From: Eledone cirrhosa
Taxonomy: Eukaryota
Length of the DNA stretch: 64,000 nt
Assembly (NCBI GenBank): GCA_964016885.1
Contig: OZ024742.1
Location: forward strand, 112,530,001-112,594,000
Direction of reading: 5' to 3'
A model generated the notes under the pieces. It searched no databases. It worked only from the letters and a program-made list of their open reading frames with translations, and was not told where the DNA came from. The position numbers and the translations under genes were made by a program. The first letter of the stretch is position 1. Every line of letters starts with the position of its first letter. Shown piece after piece: positions 24,200 through 39,142 of the stretch.

Positions 24200-26230
24200 A
24201 GAGTTCACGGTAATTCCTATGCAGGTTATACTTGGAGTAATAATAGTGAAATAATGAAGAGAAACATGGTTGGCTGTACAATTCTTTCATTGATCAGGTG
24301 AGTCTAGATGTCGCTAATCGCTTGACGTTGCGTCACTCGATCTCCAATACATTATTTACCTCCGATCAAGACATCAGAGTACGTAGATATAAAAATAATT
24401 CACTCGAGGCAAGATATATATAAATGAATAGCGTATAATCAAAACACTAACATCAATAATAAAAAAAAATATGGTAAATAGGTAGAGAATTTACAGACGT
24501 AAAAGGTAAAAAGTAAAAGATAAGATAGGATACATTAAAAACGTAAGAAAATAAGAAAATGGAAAATATAAAGAAATAAATAAGGATAGGTGAGAGCATG
24601 TAAGTACAGAGTATGTTTGTTGTGGTGGTGAGGTGAGGAAGTGTTCTTATAATGATTCTTTGGTGGGTTTAGTGCTAACATGAAAAAACAAAATTCGAAA
24701 TATACATAGATACGTGTAGAGAGTATGATATAGTGACAGATGAAAGAAAAAAGAAAAAGCAATAAATTAGTGATTAATTGAGGGATACACGTATGAGATT
24801 TAATGACTAGGGGTGGATTGTTAAGGGAGGTTTGACAAACGTGTGTTGTAAATGTTTTGCTGATTGTTCTATCTTAATGGGGTTGATGCTGTTTCAGGGA
24901 AAGAGGGTCAAAGAGATGTTCAGAGAATTATGAGGCAGTGACCAGTAGGCCGTTTGACAGTTAATAGCAGTGTGATGGTGTATATTCTATATGCTAAAAT
25001 CTAGGTGGTTCAGTTCTAATTTTGGGATTGCTGCTTCAAATCATGGTGGTTTGAAGTTTGTGAATATGGTAGCTATTTTATGCCTACAGAAAATTGATCT
25101 TTCTATTTCGCCGTTAAGCAGCATCCCATCGTACCTTAACATATGGAGTAGTTCTAAACTACAAAGTCCGCAGTGGGACATCTTGTTGCTGTAGGCCCTT
25201 GCTACGGATAATGTTGACCAGTTAATCTTATATTCTTGTTTTTTTTTGTTTTTAAGCTGGTAGATTTTATTGGCGAGCGTCGTAGAGTTCTCCAATCTAC
25301 GGGTCGTCATGGAGTGTCTGTGCACGTACCACCTTTTTTTGAACTCCTCAGTCGTGGAACCTATGTAGGGCCAATTAGAGTTGCCTGAATATACAGTACA
25401 CAGGTACACCATACTCGAATCCAGGCATCTATATTGTAGTGGGCACTTATCCGGTAGGTGGCAATTACAATTTGAGGCTTTTATGTGTGCAGGTTCTCCG
25501 TTGCGGTTTTGTAAGTTGTTGTGGGTGGGATGTGATTTAGGCCTATTAGTGTTTTGTTGTGATGCGCTCTGGTGTGTTTGTGGTTGTGAAGTTGTTATGT
25601 GTTTGCGTTTTGTATTTGGTGCTATGGTGTATGTTGGTGGGTTACTTTCTTTAGAGATATGTTTGTGGTTGATTTTACGTATGTGTGATTCTATGTTGGC
25701 TGCAGTAGAGTAGGATAATTTTATAGTTTTTCTATTAAATATTCTATGGTATTTGTTCAGTTCAGGTAAGTGCTTGTCGGGTAGTTTAAATAATGTAGCA
25801 GGTAGTTTGGCTTTTATAGAGGAGTTGAATATTAGATTGAACCATAGGTATTTTCTATCTCTGGATCTTCTATAGTTTTGGGGATTCTTATATTAGCGTT
25901 CGGTTCAGTTATTGTTGGTGCTTGTTGTCTAATTCTATGCTTAGTCATATGCTTGATACTTCTATATGAGCGGGTAGTGTTGTTGTCGTTCGGTTTGTTG
26001 TTGCTGTCTCTACCTAATATGTATTCCAGCTTCTCCTTATGTCCAGCCTTATGTAAAGCTATGTTATAATAGTTTGTGTGTTCGTTGAAATGTTCTAGGT
26101 TGGAAGATAGGCGGGATATTCTGAGGGATATACTATGTGCTATGGAGTTAATTATGGATCGGGGGTTGGTTTGAGTTATAACTAATGTGGCTAGATTTTC
26201 GTTATTCTTATGGAAGGGCTCTATTCATCC
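24200..26230 (-). mobile_element. 5'-truncated Hydra-like PLE (thumb, linker, GIY-YIG, 3' UTR)
   Basis: ORF 25041-25412 VYLCTV...YIGSTTEEFKKRWYVH...STTLA...CGLCSLE, preceded by NCNCHLPDKCP (CxCx5C); homologous to the ORF at 33705-35630; 3' boundary approximate. Confidence 0.8.
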
Positions 26231-26870
26231 TGTGTTTAGAAATTTGCAAAAGACATGACAAATCAATATCCAAGTAGGCCGAGAAACAAAAAAAAAATAC
26301 AAAACGGAAAAAAAGTTCATACATTTACCCAAAAGAACACATAATTCTAAACAATCATACAACTAAACTTTCTTTATTTAATAAATGTAAAATCCCTTTT
26401 GGAATATACACTATTATAAAAATGTAAACAAAAGCTTAAGTTACTGAAAAAGATAATAACCAACGCAAAACTGCAAACCGACATGAAGAGGTGCAACGTT
26501 CCTAACTACGGGTTGTGTAACTAACTATGGAAGGCGACGTATTCCACTTCAAATAAGTTCCTATTCTAAATATTAAAAACACCTTCTTGCGCGATTCCGA
26601 AAATGTAATATATATTATAAAATGTAAGGCCTGCTATGAGCTTTACATTGACCAAACCGTAGTAGCTCTTCGAGAAAGAATGACATTTCACTGCCAACAA
26701 ATTAGAGATCCATATAGGAAAAAGAACCCACATAAACAACATTTAGAGGAAAGCGGAGGCCGAACTTTAGAGCATTTCAATGTTTGCATGTCGTAATAAT
26801 GTTGCCAGTGAACTTCAGTGGAATAAATAATTGGCAAATAATTGTTGTTTTATAGAAAACTAAGAAATAT
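26230..26870 (+). mobile_element. Degraded Neptune-like PLE GIY-YIG fragment
   Basis: CNVPNYGLC...DSENVIYIIKCKACYELYIDQT...RMTFHCQQI...QHL. Confidence 0.7.
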
Positions 26871-27258
26871 AGTCAAATGCTGAACGATTTGCATACAAAA
26901 CATTTCATATCTTGTCAAACCATAGTTACCTCCTCTGTAAAAATTGTGTTTTTTCTTCGACATAAGAGACATAGATACAACTATTTGTGTCCCTTGTGTA
27001 AACAAAAACACAAAAGAAAAACTAATATATTAAACATTTGGAAACCGGTAAATTACAAGAGTACGAAAACTATTAATTTTGATGTAAACAAAAAAGACTT
27101 TCCATGTTTATATACACGTAATGTATATTTATTATACGCGTAACATGTAAGTACAAATTAGAAACACTGTTCTCTTTGCGGCAAGAACATTATATCAAAT
27201 GTGAGGTTTATATCAAATAAAAACGCATTAGATGGTCTTTTCAAGTATTTAAATATTT

Positions 27259-27313
<55 letters not shown>

Positions 27314-27315
27314 TG

Positions 27316-27452
<137 letters not shown>

Positions 27453-27461
27453 TATATATAC

Positions 27462-27499
<38 letters not shown>

Positions 27500-27529
27500 A
27501 TATGTGTGTGTGTATATATATATGTATAA

Positions 27530-27623
<94 letters not shown>

Positions 27624-28399
27624 ATATATATATATATATGAGATAGATATAAGTATATATGTCCACCTTTGGGAATTTCGGAACATTTTACCTGTTGGCG
27701 AAATTTATATGATAGGAGAAATCAATAGCTCGTAGCGATATATGCACATAGCTATACAAACATAAGGGTAGGCGCTAATGTGCATATTAACGTTAAATTT
27801 ATATGTTCTAGGAAATTATTAATACTACGACACTTAGTTTCTGGTTAATATTATAAAGAATTTCATATAATTTAATACAGCTTCATATATTTATGTATAA
27901 AACATTAGATATCATACCCTCAAGTTTATTTTCGAAGCTAGTATATAAATATATAAATTATTTAGATAAATTTGTTTACAGCAAAAATATATAACTATCA
28001 ATGGTGTTAAATATACATACACAATCACACATACATATATTAACATGCCCCACCACAAGACATACACAATTTCAATTCTCGCCAACATTATATCTATTAC
28101 GGCTGTGAAATTCTGACGCAAAACATTTATCATGATCTATTGAATTTATTCATATAAAATAAAATAAATTATTCTAGCTCTAATAGATGTCTATAAAATA
28201 GTTTAACTAACTCACGTCGGTTTCCATACCGTGTGTATTTTAGTTTCAGGTATCATGTCACTCAGCTCATTTAAAAAAGTTTGACAAGGTTGAGCATTGC
28301 TCAGATTCGTGTGACCCTAGCATAATTCATATGGAGTTTAAAGTGTCATATACAATGGGTGGGCATTTAAACAGTAACACACTGCGGTTGATTTAATCG

Positions 28400-29150
28400 A
28401 CTTTCCCCGATTCCAACAGGACCAGATGTATATTCTCCAGTTATGCGTGGTTTTTGAGGGGACAAATGCCGTCTCGATCGGAACAATCAGAACAGCTAGA
28501 TGGCACTTCTTCTGCGTTGACCTAGAGATAATTATCCATGTTAAACCTTAGGAACTGTGAAAAATCCCGGACGACATACGCCTACAAGTAATGACCCGGG
28601 GCAAAAGGCCGCACTGGTTTATCTGCGTCAAAACAGTTCACTTGGTTGCCTACTTCCCTCATTTTAAAAATGGAAGGGGTCGAAAACTTCTAACCGCAGA
28701 GACAAAATACCACAACAGCATCAAAAGCCGCAACAGTAAAGCAAACCTTATCACCAACAACAACAAAAGCAGTAATAACAACACCAACAAGGAACATTAA
28801 AACCACTGAGGGAGACGCCAAAACAATCTCTTCCTCTCCCCTTCTTTCAAACAAACACACAAACACATAGAACATCACTGACACACCCATAAACACACTC
28901 GTACACACCTCTGACACAGAGTGTAAATACACCAATTCCTCCACATCTTTAAATGAAGATGAGGAGGACTTCCAGAAAGAGCAAAAAGCAAAAAAGAAAA
29001 CACAAATAGAAAAAGAAAAAATCAGCTCAGCACACAGCAACAAGCCCACAAAACACACCCACAACATCACCGACCCCACACCGAAACGTCTACAAATGAT
29101 GCCCTACAAAAGAAAATACACGCAGATACCAACAACGACAGATACCCAAG
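28400..29150 (+). mobile_element. Degraded L1/Tx1-like ORF1 remnant
   Basis: GKRPHWFICVKTVHLVAYFP resembles a decayed CX2CX4HX4C knuckle, followed by a T/K/N-rich low-complexity tail. Confidence 0.4.
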
Positions 29151-29229
29151 TTTAGATTGCGGCATCTCCATATATTATCTCCCAAAACGGTGAACATGTG
29201 TGGCCACCGTTAGACTGTCCTTCCGCAGC

Positions 29230-29900
29230 TTGTCTCTGACTGAGCTGTAGTTCTGGGTTAAGAAGAAACCGAGGCTGCGCGCTTGGCATCCGGAATGTTG
29301 CCAGGCGATCAATGCTTTCTGCCAGGCGAGCAATGTTGTCAATGGAAATTTCGCTCTAGAGTTCTACAGAGGATTAGTGGTGGGCAAGGGCGACGACGCA
29401 CTCAGAGAGACTCTGGGCGTCGACCAAGTCGTACTGATCAGATAGTTCCGGAGGACATTTGAGCCGGGGCCTATGGATAGCTTCCAGAAATCCTTCGCTT
29501 GGCAGTAGTATCAAGTGCCACTGCGGGTTTGGGATAAACTCTACAAACATTGAAGTGATGTCATATGAACCTCCCCGCATTGCAAACAGAGCGACAAAAC
29601 CGTTCTGCATGCACGCGTCGAGTGCTCGTTAATTGGTGGCTTGTAGAATTTTATCGAACAGCTGTTTCCGCGTGTAATAAGGATACGGCTATCGACCGAG
29701 TCGATAGTAATAATCGCCCCACCAGCTAGTTTTGGTCGGGAAGGGCAGTCTGGTAGCGAGAGCGAAAGATGTGTGGTGCATCATGTTGAAAGAACTGAAG
29801 GCAGACACATTACTCTTCCGTCAATCTTTCATCGACTTTTTCAAGTTTCACTTAGAAAGGGAGGTAAGTTGGAGAGAGATGTAATTTGATAAAATATGTG
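29230..29900 (-). mobile_element. Possible degraded Gypsy-type gag remnant
   Basis: GC-richer island; the minus strand gives SEISIDNIARLAESI, reminiscent of the gag slxxLAxLADxI motif; many stops and shifts. Confidence 0.25.
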
Positions 29901-31223
29901 TGAATACGGCGAGAATAACCCGTGTAATTAGGCGTACAATGAGCATGCGCATGTAGATTGGCTAATTTGAGGAAGCGAGGGGTACCCTTCCAAGGTACCC
30001 AGGAAGCGTCAGGTAGTTCCGGAGTGGTGGGGTACCCGAGTTTATCCTGGATGGTAATCTCCCCTATTGGGAAATGTTCATTGTTAGTATTTTTCTTGTT
30101 GATTGTTATTATATATTGTATTGCTTACTCTATGTTTATTTTAAAAAAACAACAGTCACAGCGTATTGTATTGCGCCCTATATGTCCGACCATGTGGCCA
30201 ATAAATGAAAAATATTGTTATCATTATTATGAATATATATATATATATATATATAAAATATTAAATAAATAATGAACAAACAATTCCTTATATTAAACAA
30301 AAAAAGTTCACTATTTAACGATCGTTTCTAGGGCATATATGTGCTATAATTGGTATGCATATTTAACAGATCTATGTACAAAATTATACAAAATTATACA
30401 AATTATCAAGATTAAATATACATACCTAACTCATATATACGCCGTCTTCAGAAATAATGAAGTATATTTATTGATAATAACAACAATTCAAAATATCAGT
30501 TCAAAATTGACCAATGAAAACACAAAGGGTTAAAAAGCAGTTTGGTGTGTGTATATACATGTAAAACCCCACACGCATTTTACAATAATGTGTGTATAAT
30601 ATGTATGTGCATACTAAAAAGATGGATGCAAATAAAAAATTTCAAGGTTAATATCTCTGTAAGCTTAATGCGCTGATAATATACGCAATGATACTTATGT
30701 AGTCAAGCATATAAATATATTTTTTTCATACTCACACATATCAGTATAATCACACATACATGTGCGTATATATATAAATATACACATAACCACGAACACA
30801 CAAACACACACACACCCCCCACTCACATTTATATATGTGGATATAAAATCATAAGCAAATAGAAATTAAGTCACTCACATAAACACACTGGTACACACAT
30901 TTCAAGATCAAGATACAGAAATTAGGTGGGAGGGGGGGGGGAGGGGTCAGTGTTAGGTTGTGAGACCAGACAGCCTAATATAAATGTATCTATAAATTAT
31001 GAAAAATAAAAAAATAAAAACAATAAAATATATTACATATAATATAATGTACATACGCATACAGATATACATACACATACATACATGTACGCGCACATAG
31101 AGATATCTACACATACATACATACACACATACCTATACTGTCATACACACACATACATTTACACGAACATACACATACACATATAAAAAGATAAAAATAC
31201 GGACACACACACGCGCAACACAT

Positions 31224-31272
<49 letters not shown>

Positions 31273-31383
31273 TATACACACACACACATAGACTCATATA
31301 TATATACATACACATACATATACTTATACATAAACATATATATCCCACACTCATACCACCATGAAAACACATACGAACATCCA

Positions 31384-31432
<49 letters not shown>

Positions 31433-31528
31433 ATACACACACGTACACATATATGCATATATACATACACATATACACACATACACATATATACATATAT
31501 ATACACACACACGTAAAATACAGACATG

Positions 31529-31571
<43 letters not shown>

Positions 31572-31663
31572 TTCATTACCCTTATATATACACATAGTAT
31601 ATATACATACACAACCTCACTTATACACATATACACATAAGTTATATTACAATAATAATAAAG

Positions 31664-31702
<39 letters not shown>

Positions 31703-31841
31703 TATACACATATATACAAATATACATACATACACATACATATACATACATACATACGCATACATACATACACCTAAATATAAACATATATAAATACACA
31801 CATACGAATAAAGACATATATTCACACATAGACACCTATAT

Positions 31842-31887
<46 letters not shown>

Positions 31888-31976
31888 ATATACACACACA
31901 TACACATACATACACATATATATATATATATACACATATATACACACGCACACACATACAGACACACATACACACC

Positions 31977-32011
<35 letters not shown>

Positions 32012-33704
32012 ATGTGAGTGTGCGCAAATACATACATATATATATACACACACACATACAAACACACACAAACACATACATATGCATACATGCACACACA
32101 CACACATATATCACATAGATACAAAGATAAACATATAAATAGAGAGACATACAAATATATACAGAACCCATATACACATACATGCAAACACGCATATACA
32201 TATATACATATATACACACATATATATTCCTATATACAAGCATACACATACACACACATATATACATATACCTACACATATATATACCACACATTCACAT
32301 ACACGTACATATATAATACATATATATATACATATATATACATACATATGTATGTACAATCATATATACACACTCAATCTTACATTCATATTTACATGCT
32401 CATATATGTATTTTTATATCTAGAAATAAATACCAAAAAAACTATATAGACACCCATCTACCCATATATTCATACATATACACTTACAAAAACAGATGAT
32501 AATAGTATGGGGGAAAGGGGGGGGGGTTGGAGAAGGGGATCAAAGTAAATATATGTTTCAAGAAACCTATAATATTTTCCATATCTTAATTCAATGTATG
32601 TTCTTACATATTTTCAATGTTAGGAAATACGAAATCTATGCATCACAAAATAAAAAAGTATACCATTAATCATATGTCAACTAAACCAAAGATAGTCAAC
32701 ATATTGATTTCCAAGGTGTAAATTAGTTAGGTTTATAATATTTGAAGCAGAATTATGAAGTCAAACAGTAGTAGATTATTAATTACATTATAACTAAATT
32801 AAAGTTAATAATAGGGAAAAGAAACCCAAATAAAAATAAAATAAATTATTACATCGGTAGTAGCATATAAATTATATGTTAACTAAGTTAAAAATTATAT
32901 ATTTATTTCAATAGTATATGTTAATTAGTATATGTTAATTAGGTATACAATACATAAAGCAGATATTGTATTTCATCAATAGCATAATATAATTATATGC
33001 AAATAAAAATCAAAATTAATACGCATACACATACATATACATACACATACACATACGTATACATATACATACACATATATATATATATATATATACATAT
33101 ATATACACACATACATACATATATAGTCACATAAATATACATACAGATACACATACAATACACACATATACATATACATATAGATATACATATCTTTTTC
33201 AAAAAATCTGCACAGAATATATTAACTAGGTATATATCCAAAAACACCTCCCATTCTATGATTACATGAAATTTTGCAATTCGTCTGTACAAGGATACTA
33301 ATTTTAAGCAAATTAAAATTAAAATTAAAGTTTTAGGTTGATTAAAGCTAAAACCAAATAATAAATATATTTCCAAAATGTATATTAATTAGGTCAATAA
33401 TACTAAAAATTCTTTCTCCGTCATAGGATACATGATATTATTTTGTTATATTTTATCTGTAAAAGAATTATAATAAAAAAAATTTTATAATAAAGGTTAA
33501 ACTAAATTAAAAAATTATAATAAAAGGTTAAAATAAGTTAAAATTAATCTATAAATTAAATTACTGAATATATATTAGTAATATTTAAAGGTTTTTCAAA
33601 ATTAATGATTACATAATATTTTCTCATCTGTAATAAAATATTAATTAAATTAAATTTATAGGTTAACTAACATTTAAATTAAATTAAATTCTAGAATAAT
33701 GTTA

Positions 33705-35630
33705 TTAATTAGGTTTATAATATTTAAATGTTTTTTTTAGTTTATGATTACACGATATAATTAATTCCTGTCTTTTATTTAATAAGATATCCCTAGACTT
33801 CATTATTTCAAATAGTTCTTGGGAACATAATCTACATTCCTTTCTATTATTTTGATAAGGGGTGGCTCTTTTGAGCACACTCCAGGTCAAATCATATTTT
33901 ATATTTTTATTTTTATAACTATTGATTTTTTCTGCTAGAGATGTTGTATTAGCCAGTGCGGCATTTTTAAAGCTATGTTTGTGGGTATTATACCTTGTCT
34001 TAAAATTGTTAGAGGTAGCTCCTATATATGAGCAAATAGAATCTTTAGTTTTAACATTACATTTATAGACTATGTTGTTAACAAGACAATTCCCTTTTAA
34101 TGGGCAGTTTGTTTTGTTTCTACAGTTACATCCTTTCGTTAATTCTGTATTTGAGGAGATATTATTGTTAATTTGATGTACTGGTGGTATACTTATAGTT
34201 TTCTTACATTTATATGCATTATATGCACTTATATTTTGTTTTATGTTATTTGTTGTAGAATATGAGAATTTAACTGTAGACCTATTTAAGATTTGATGGT
34301 ATTTGTGGTTTGGCGGGAAGTTTTTCTCAAGGATATAAAAAAATTTTTTAGCAATATTATCCTTAACTTGTAAATTAAAAGGAGCATTATACCAAGTAAC
34401 TCGTCTATTACGGTTTCTATGTTGTTTATTATTTTTATTATTTTTATATGTTGTATCATGATTTTTACTAGGAGGAATAATGTTAATGATCTCACCACAA
34501 CTATTTTTAGTTATATTTGTAGATTTAGGTGTTTTATCTTTTTTATTAGGAGTTTTATTATTAATATTTATTATAGTCTTATGATGAGTAGTTTTTTGAG
34601 GGTTACTATACTTTATATTAGAAGATTTAGTATTTTGGGGTATACTGTGGGTGGCATTTAGGTGTGTACCTTTCATTTGGTGTTTGTTGGTAATATTATG
34701 CTGTATGTTTTCAGTATTTTTAGTAGAAGTTATATACTCTAATCTATTTTTGTGGCCACTTCTATCTAGAGCTTCATTATAAAAGGTCGCATTTTTATCA
34801 AATACATCTTGGTTAGAAGAAAGGTTAGAAATTCTAAGTGATATATTATATGCAAGGTTTTTAAGGATAGATTTAGGGTGATTAGATTGTGAGTGTATGT
34901 AATGTAAGTTTTGGTTAGGTTTATGGTAAGGTTGGTATATACCCGTAGCTAAATCTAAAGTTATATCTAGGAAATTTACTACTTTACTTGTTTTTTCAAA
35001 AGTAATATTAAGATTATAATAGTCCTTAAGGAAAGTTCTAATATGCTTTTTGTTTTTTTCAATTTCTGAAAGGCTAAGGTTGTTAGAAAGAAGAAGACAG
35101 TCATCACGATATAAACCACCTTTGAGGTGGGGAAAAGAGGCATTTATGTTGAAAAGGAGAAAGAGGCCCACAAGATCAGTAATTTGGGCAGAATCGCTTG
35201 AACCCATAGTAATATCAAAAAGATTACTATAAGTGTTTCTGGTCCAGTATTCATTCTGAAATTCAATAAGTGTTTGTCTAGCATGTGTAATAATGTTAAT
35301 GTCATCCGAAGTTAAATTAGATCTATTTTTAGCAAATATTAATGCTTTGTTCAGGAGTATGGGTGATATAGAAGAATAATAGTTATCTATATCGAACTGT
35401 AGGAAAGAAGCAGAAGATTTACACCTAATATTTTTAAACCAATTAATTACCTGGGAGGTGTTTTCCCAGAGTGGTAAAATAACGTATTTTCTTATTTGTG
35501 GGATGACTCTATCTAAAATTTTTTTGCTAATTATTCCAATATCTGATTTGGAAGGACATATAAGTCTAATAGAAGGATTAGAGTTAAAGTTAGATTTGTG
35601 ATCTTTCAGGTTGAATTGTGGACTTCTCAA
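33705..35630 (-). CDS. PLE reverse transcriptase plus GIY-YIG endonuclease, uninterrupted but N-terminally truncated (641 codons)
   Basis: LKDHK..RLICPSKSDIG, QFDIDNYYSSI, FDITMGSSDSAQITDLVG, GLYRDD, VNFLDITLDL, linker CNCRNKTNC (CxCx5C), IVYKC..YIGATSNNFKTRY..H, CRLCSQE. The region equivalent to the STKNIP N-terminus is absent, so the TTG start is probably not real. Confidence 0.92.
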   Translation of the reverse strand: MRSPQFNLKDHKSNFNSNPSIRLICPSKSDIGIISKKILDRVIPQIRKYVILPLWENTSQVINWFKNIRCKSSASFLQFDIDNYYSSISPILLNKALIFAKNRSNLTSDDINIITHARQTLIEFQNEYWTRNTYSNLFDITMGSSDSAQITDLVGLFLLFNINASFPHLKGGLYRDDCLLLSNNLSLSEIEKNKKHIRTFLKDYYNLNITFEKTSKVVNFLDITLDLATGIYQPYHKPNQNLHYIHSQSNHPKSILKNLAYNISLRISNLSSNQDVFDKNATFYNEALDRSGHKNRLEYITSTKNTENIQHNITNKHQMKGTHLNATHSIPQNTKSSNIKYSNPQKTTHHKTIININNKTPNKKDKTPKSTNITKNSCGEIINIIPPSKNHDTTYKNNKNNKQHRNRNRRVTWYNAPFNLQVKDNIAKKFFYILEKNFPPNHKYHQILNRSTVKFSYSTTNNIKQNISAYNAYKCKKTISIPPVHQINNNISSNTELTKGCNCRNKTNCPLKGNCLVNNIVYKCNVKTKDSICSYIGATSNNFKTRYNTHKHSFKNAALANTTSLAEKINSYKNKNIKYDLTWSVLKRATPYQNNRKECRLCSQELFEIMKSRDILLNKRQELIISCNHKLKKTFKYYKPN

Positions 35631-37252
35631 TGCTAATATTATGCTAATATTATGTAATCATTAATTTTGAAAAACCTTTAAATATTACTAATATATATTC
35701 AGTAATTTAATTTATAGATTAATTTTAACTTATTTTAACCTTTTATTATAATTTTTTAATTTAGTTTAACCTTTATTATAAAATTTTTTTTATTATAATT
35801 CTTTTACAGATAAAATATAACAAAATAATATCATGTATCCTATGACGGAGAAAGAATTTTTAGTATTATTGACCTAATTAATATACATTTTGGAAATATA
35901 TTTATTATTTGGTTTTAGCTTTAATCAACCTAAAACTTTAATTTTAATTTTAATTTGCTTAAAATTAGTATCCTTGTACAGACGAATTGCAGAATTTCAT
36001 GTAATCATAGAATGGGAGGTGTTTTTGGATATATACCTAGTTAATATATTCTGTGCAGATTTTTTGAAAAAGATATGTATATCTATATGTATATGTATAT
36101 GTGTGTATTGTATGTGTATCTGTATGTATATTTATGTGACTATATATGTATGTATGTGTGTATATATATGTATATATATATATATATATATGTGTATGTA
36201 TATGTATACGTATGTGTATGTGTATGTATATGTATGTGTATGCGTATTAATTTTGATTTTTATTTGCATATAATTATATTATGCTATTGATGAAATACAA
36301 TATCTGCTTTATGTATTGTATACCTAATTAACATATACTAATTAACATATACTATTGAAATAAATATATAATTTTTAACTTAGTTAACATATAATTTATA
36401 TGCTACTACCGATGTAATAATTTATTTTATTTTTATTTGGGTTTCTTTTCCCTATTATTAACTTTAATTTAGTTATAATGTAATTAATAATCTACTACTG
36501 TTTGACTTCATAATTCTGCTTCAAATATTATAAACCTAACTAATTTACACCTTGGAAATCAATATGTTGACTATCTTTGGTTTAGTTGACATATGATTAA
36601 TGGTATACTTTTTTATTTTGTGATGCATAGATTTCGTATTTCCTAACATTGAAAATATGTAAGAACATACATTGAATTAAGATATGGAAAATATTATAGG
36701 TTTCTTGAAACATATATTTACTTTGATCCCCTTCTCCAACCCCCCCCCCTTTCCCCCATACTATTATCATCTGTTTTTGTAAGTGTATATGTATGAATAT
36801 ATGGGTAGATGGGTGTCTATATAGTTTTTTTGGTATTTATTTCTAGATATAAAAATACATATATGAGCATGTAAATATGAATGTAAGATTGAGTGTGTAT
36901 ATATGATTGTACATACATATGTATGTATATATATGTATATATATGTATTATATATGTACGTGTATGTGAATGTGTGGTATATATATGTGTAGGTATATGT
37001 ATATATGTGTGTGTATGTGTATGCTTGTATATAGGAATATATATGTGTGTATATATGTATATATGTATATGCGTGTTTGCATGTATGTGTATATGGGTTC
37101 TGTATATATTTGTATGTCTCTCTATTTATATGTTTATCTTTGTATCTATGTGATATATGTGTGTGTGTGTGCATGTATGCATATGTATGTGTTTGTGTGT
37201 GTTTGTATGTGTGTGTGTATATATATATGTATGTATTTGCGCACACTCACAT

Positions 37253-37287
<35 letters not shown>

Positions 37288-37376
37288 GGTGTGTATGTGT
37301 GTCTGTATGTGTGTGCGTGTGTATATATGTGTATATATATATATATATGTGTATGTATGTGTATGTGTGTGTATAT

Positions 37377-37422
<46 letters not shown>

Positions 37423-37561
37423 ATATAGGTGTCTATGTGTGAATATATGTCTTTATTCGTATGTGTGTATTTATATATGTTTATATTTAGGTGTATGTAT
37501 GTATGCGTATGTATGTATGTATATGTATGTGTATGTATGTATATTTGTATATATGTGTATA

Positions 37562-37600
<39 letters not shown>

Positions 37601-37692
37601 CTTTATTATTATTGTAATATAACTTATGTGTATATGTGTATAAGTGAGGTTGTGTATGTATATATACTATGTGTATATATAAGGGTAATGAA

Positions 37693-37735
<43 letters not shown>

Positions 37736-37831
37736 CATGTCTGTATTTTACGTGTGTGTGTATATATATGTATATATGTGTATGTGTGTATATGTGTATG
37801 TATATATGCATATATGTGTACGTGTGTGTAT

Positions 37832-37880
<49 letters not shown>

Positions 37881-37991
37881 TGGATGTTCGTATGTGTTTT
37901 CATGGTGGTATGAGTGTGGGATATATATGTTTATGTATAAGTATATGTATGTGTATGTATATATATATGAGTCTATGTGTGTGTGTGTATA

Positions 37992-38040
<49 letters not shown>

Positions 38041-38807
38041 ATGTGTTGCGCGTGTGTGTGTCCGTATTTTTATCTTTTTATATGTGTATGTGTATGTTCG
38101 TGTAAATGTATGTGTGTGTATGACAGTATAGGTATGTGTGTATGTATGTATGTGTAGATATCTCTATGTGCGCGTACATGTATGTATGTGTATGTATATC
38201 TGTATGCGTATGTACATTATATTATATGTAATATATTTTATTGTTTTTATTTTTTTATTTTTCATAATTTATAGATACATTTATATTAGGCTGTCTGGTC
38301 TCACAACCTAACACTGACCCCTCCCCCCCCCCTCCCACCTAATTTCTGTATCTTGATCTTGAAATGTGTGTACCAGTGTGTTTATGTGAGTGACTTAATT
38401 TCTATTTGCTTATGATTTTATATCCACATATATAAATGTGAGTGGGGGGTGTGTGTGTGTTTGTGTGTTCGTGGTTATGTGTATATTTATATATATACGC
38501 ACATGTATGTGTGATTATACTGATATGTGTGAGTATGAAAAAAATATATTTATATGCTTGACTACATAAGTATCATTGCGTATATTATCAGCGCATTAAG
38601 CTTACAGAGATATTAACCTTGAAATTTTTTATTTGCATCCATCTTTTTAGTATGCACATACATATTATACACACATTATTGTAAAATGCGTGTGGGGTTT
38701 TACATGTATATACACACACCAAACTGCTTTTTAACCCTTTGTGTTTTCATTGGTCAATTTTGAACTGATATTTTGAATTGTTGTTATTATCAATAAATAT
38801 ACTTCAT

Positions 38808-38952
38808 TATTTCTGAAGACGGCGTATATATGAGTTAGGTATGTATATTTAATCTTGATAATTTGTATAATTTTGTATAATTTTGTACATAGATCTGTTA
38901 AATATGCATACCAATTATAGCACATATATGCCCTAGAAACGATCGTTAAATA
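38808..38952 (+). ncRNA. Type-I hammerhead with ~116-nt stem II (mirror copy at 30312-30456, minus strand)
   Basis: TATTT-CTGAAGA-CGGCGTATAT...GGTATGTATATTTAA...TTAAATATGCATACC...ATATATGCCCTA-GAAA-CGATCG-TT-AAATA; palindromic stem III ACGAUCGU, GUU site. Confidence 0.7.
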
Positions 38953-39142
38953 GTGAACTTTTTTTGTTTAATATAAGGAATTGTTTGTTCATTATTTATT
39001 TAATATTTTATCTTCACTCTGTATACCGTTTATCTTTCACCGAAATTGGATTTTCATTACATCTCTTCTTTCCATGATATCCGGAATACATTGAGTTCTT
39101 CATACGGATTGGACACTACCGTAAACTCTTGGTAGATTTATC

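Noticed and set aside
30253-39011. DNA transposon (Polinton/foldback) interpretation of the long inverted arms
   Set aside because: The enclosed ORF is a PLE RT-GIY-YIG, the arm is the element's own 3' region with a HHR, and one arm has an extra tail; no transposase or integrase is present.
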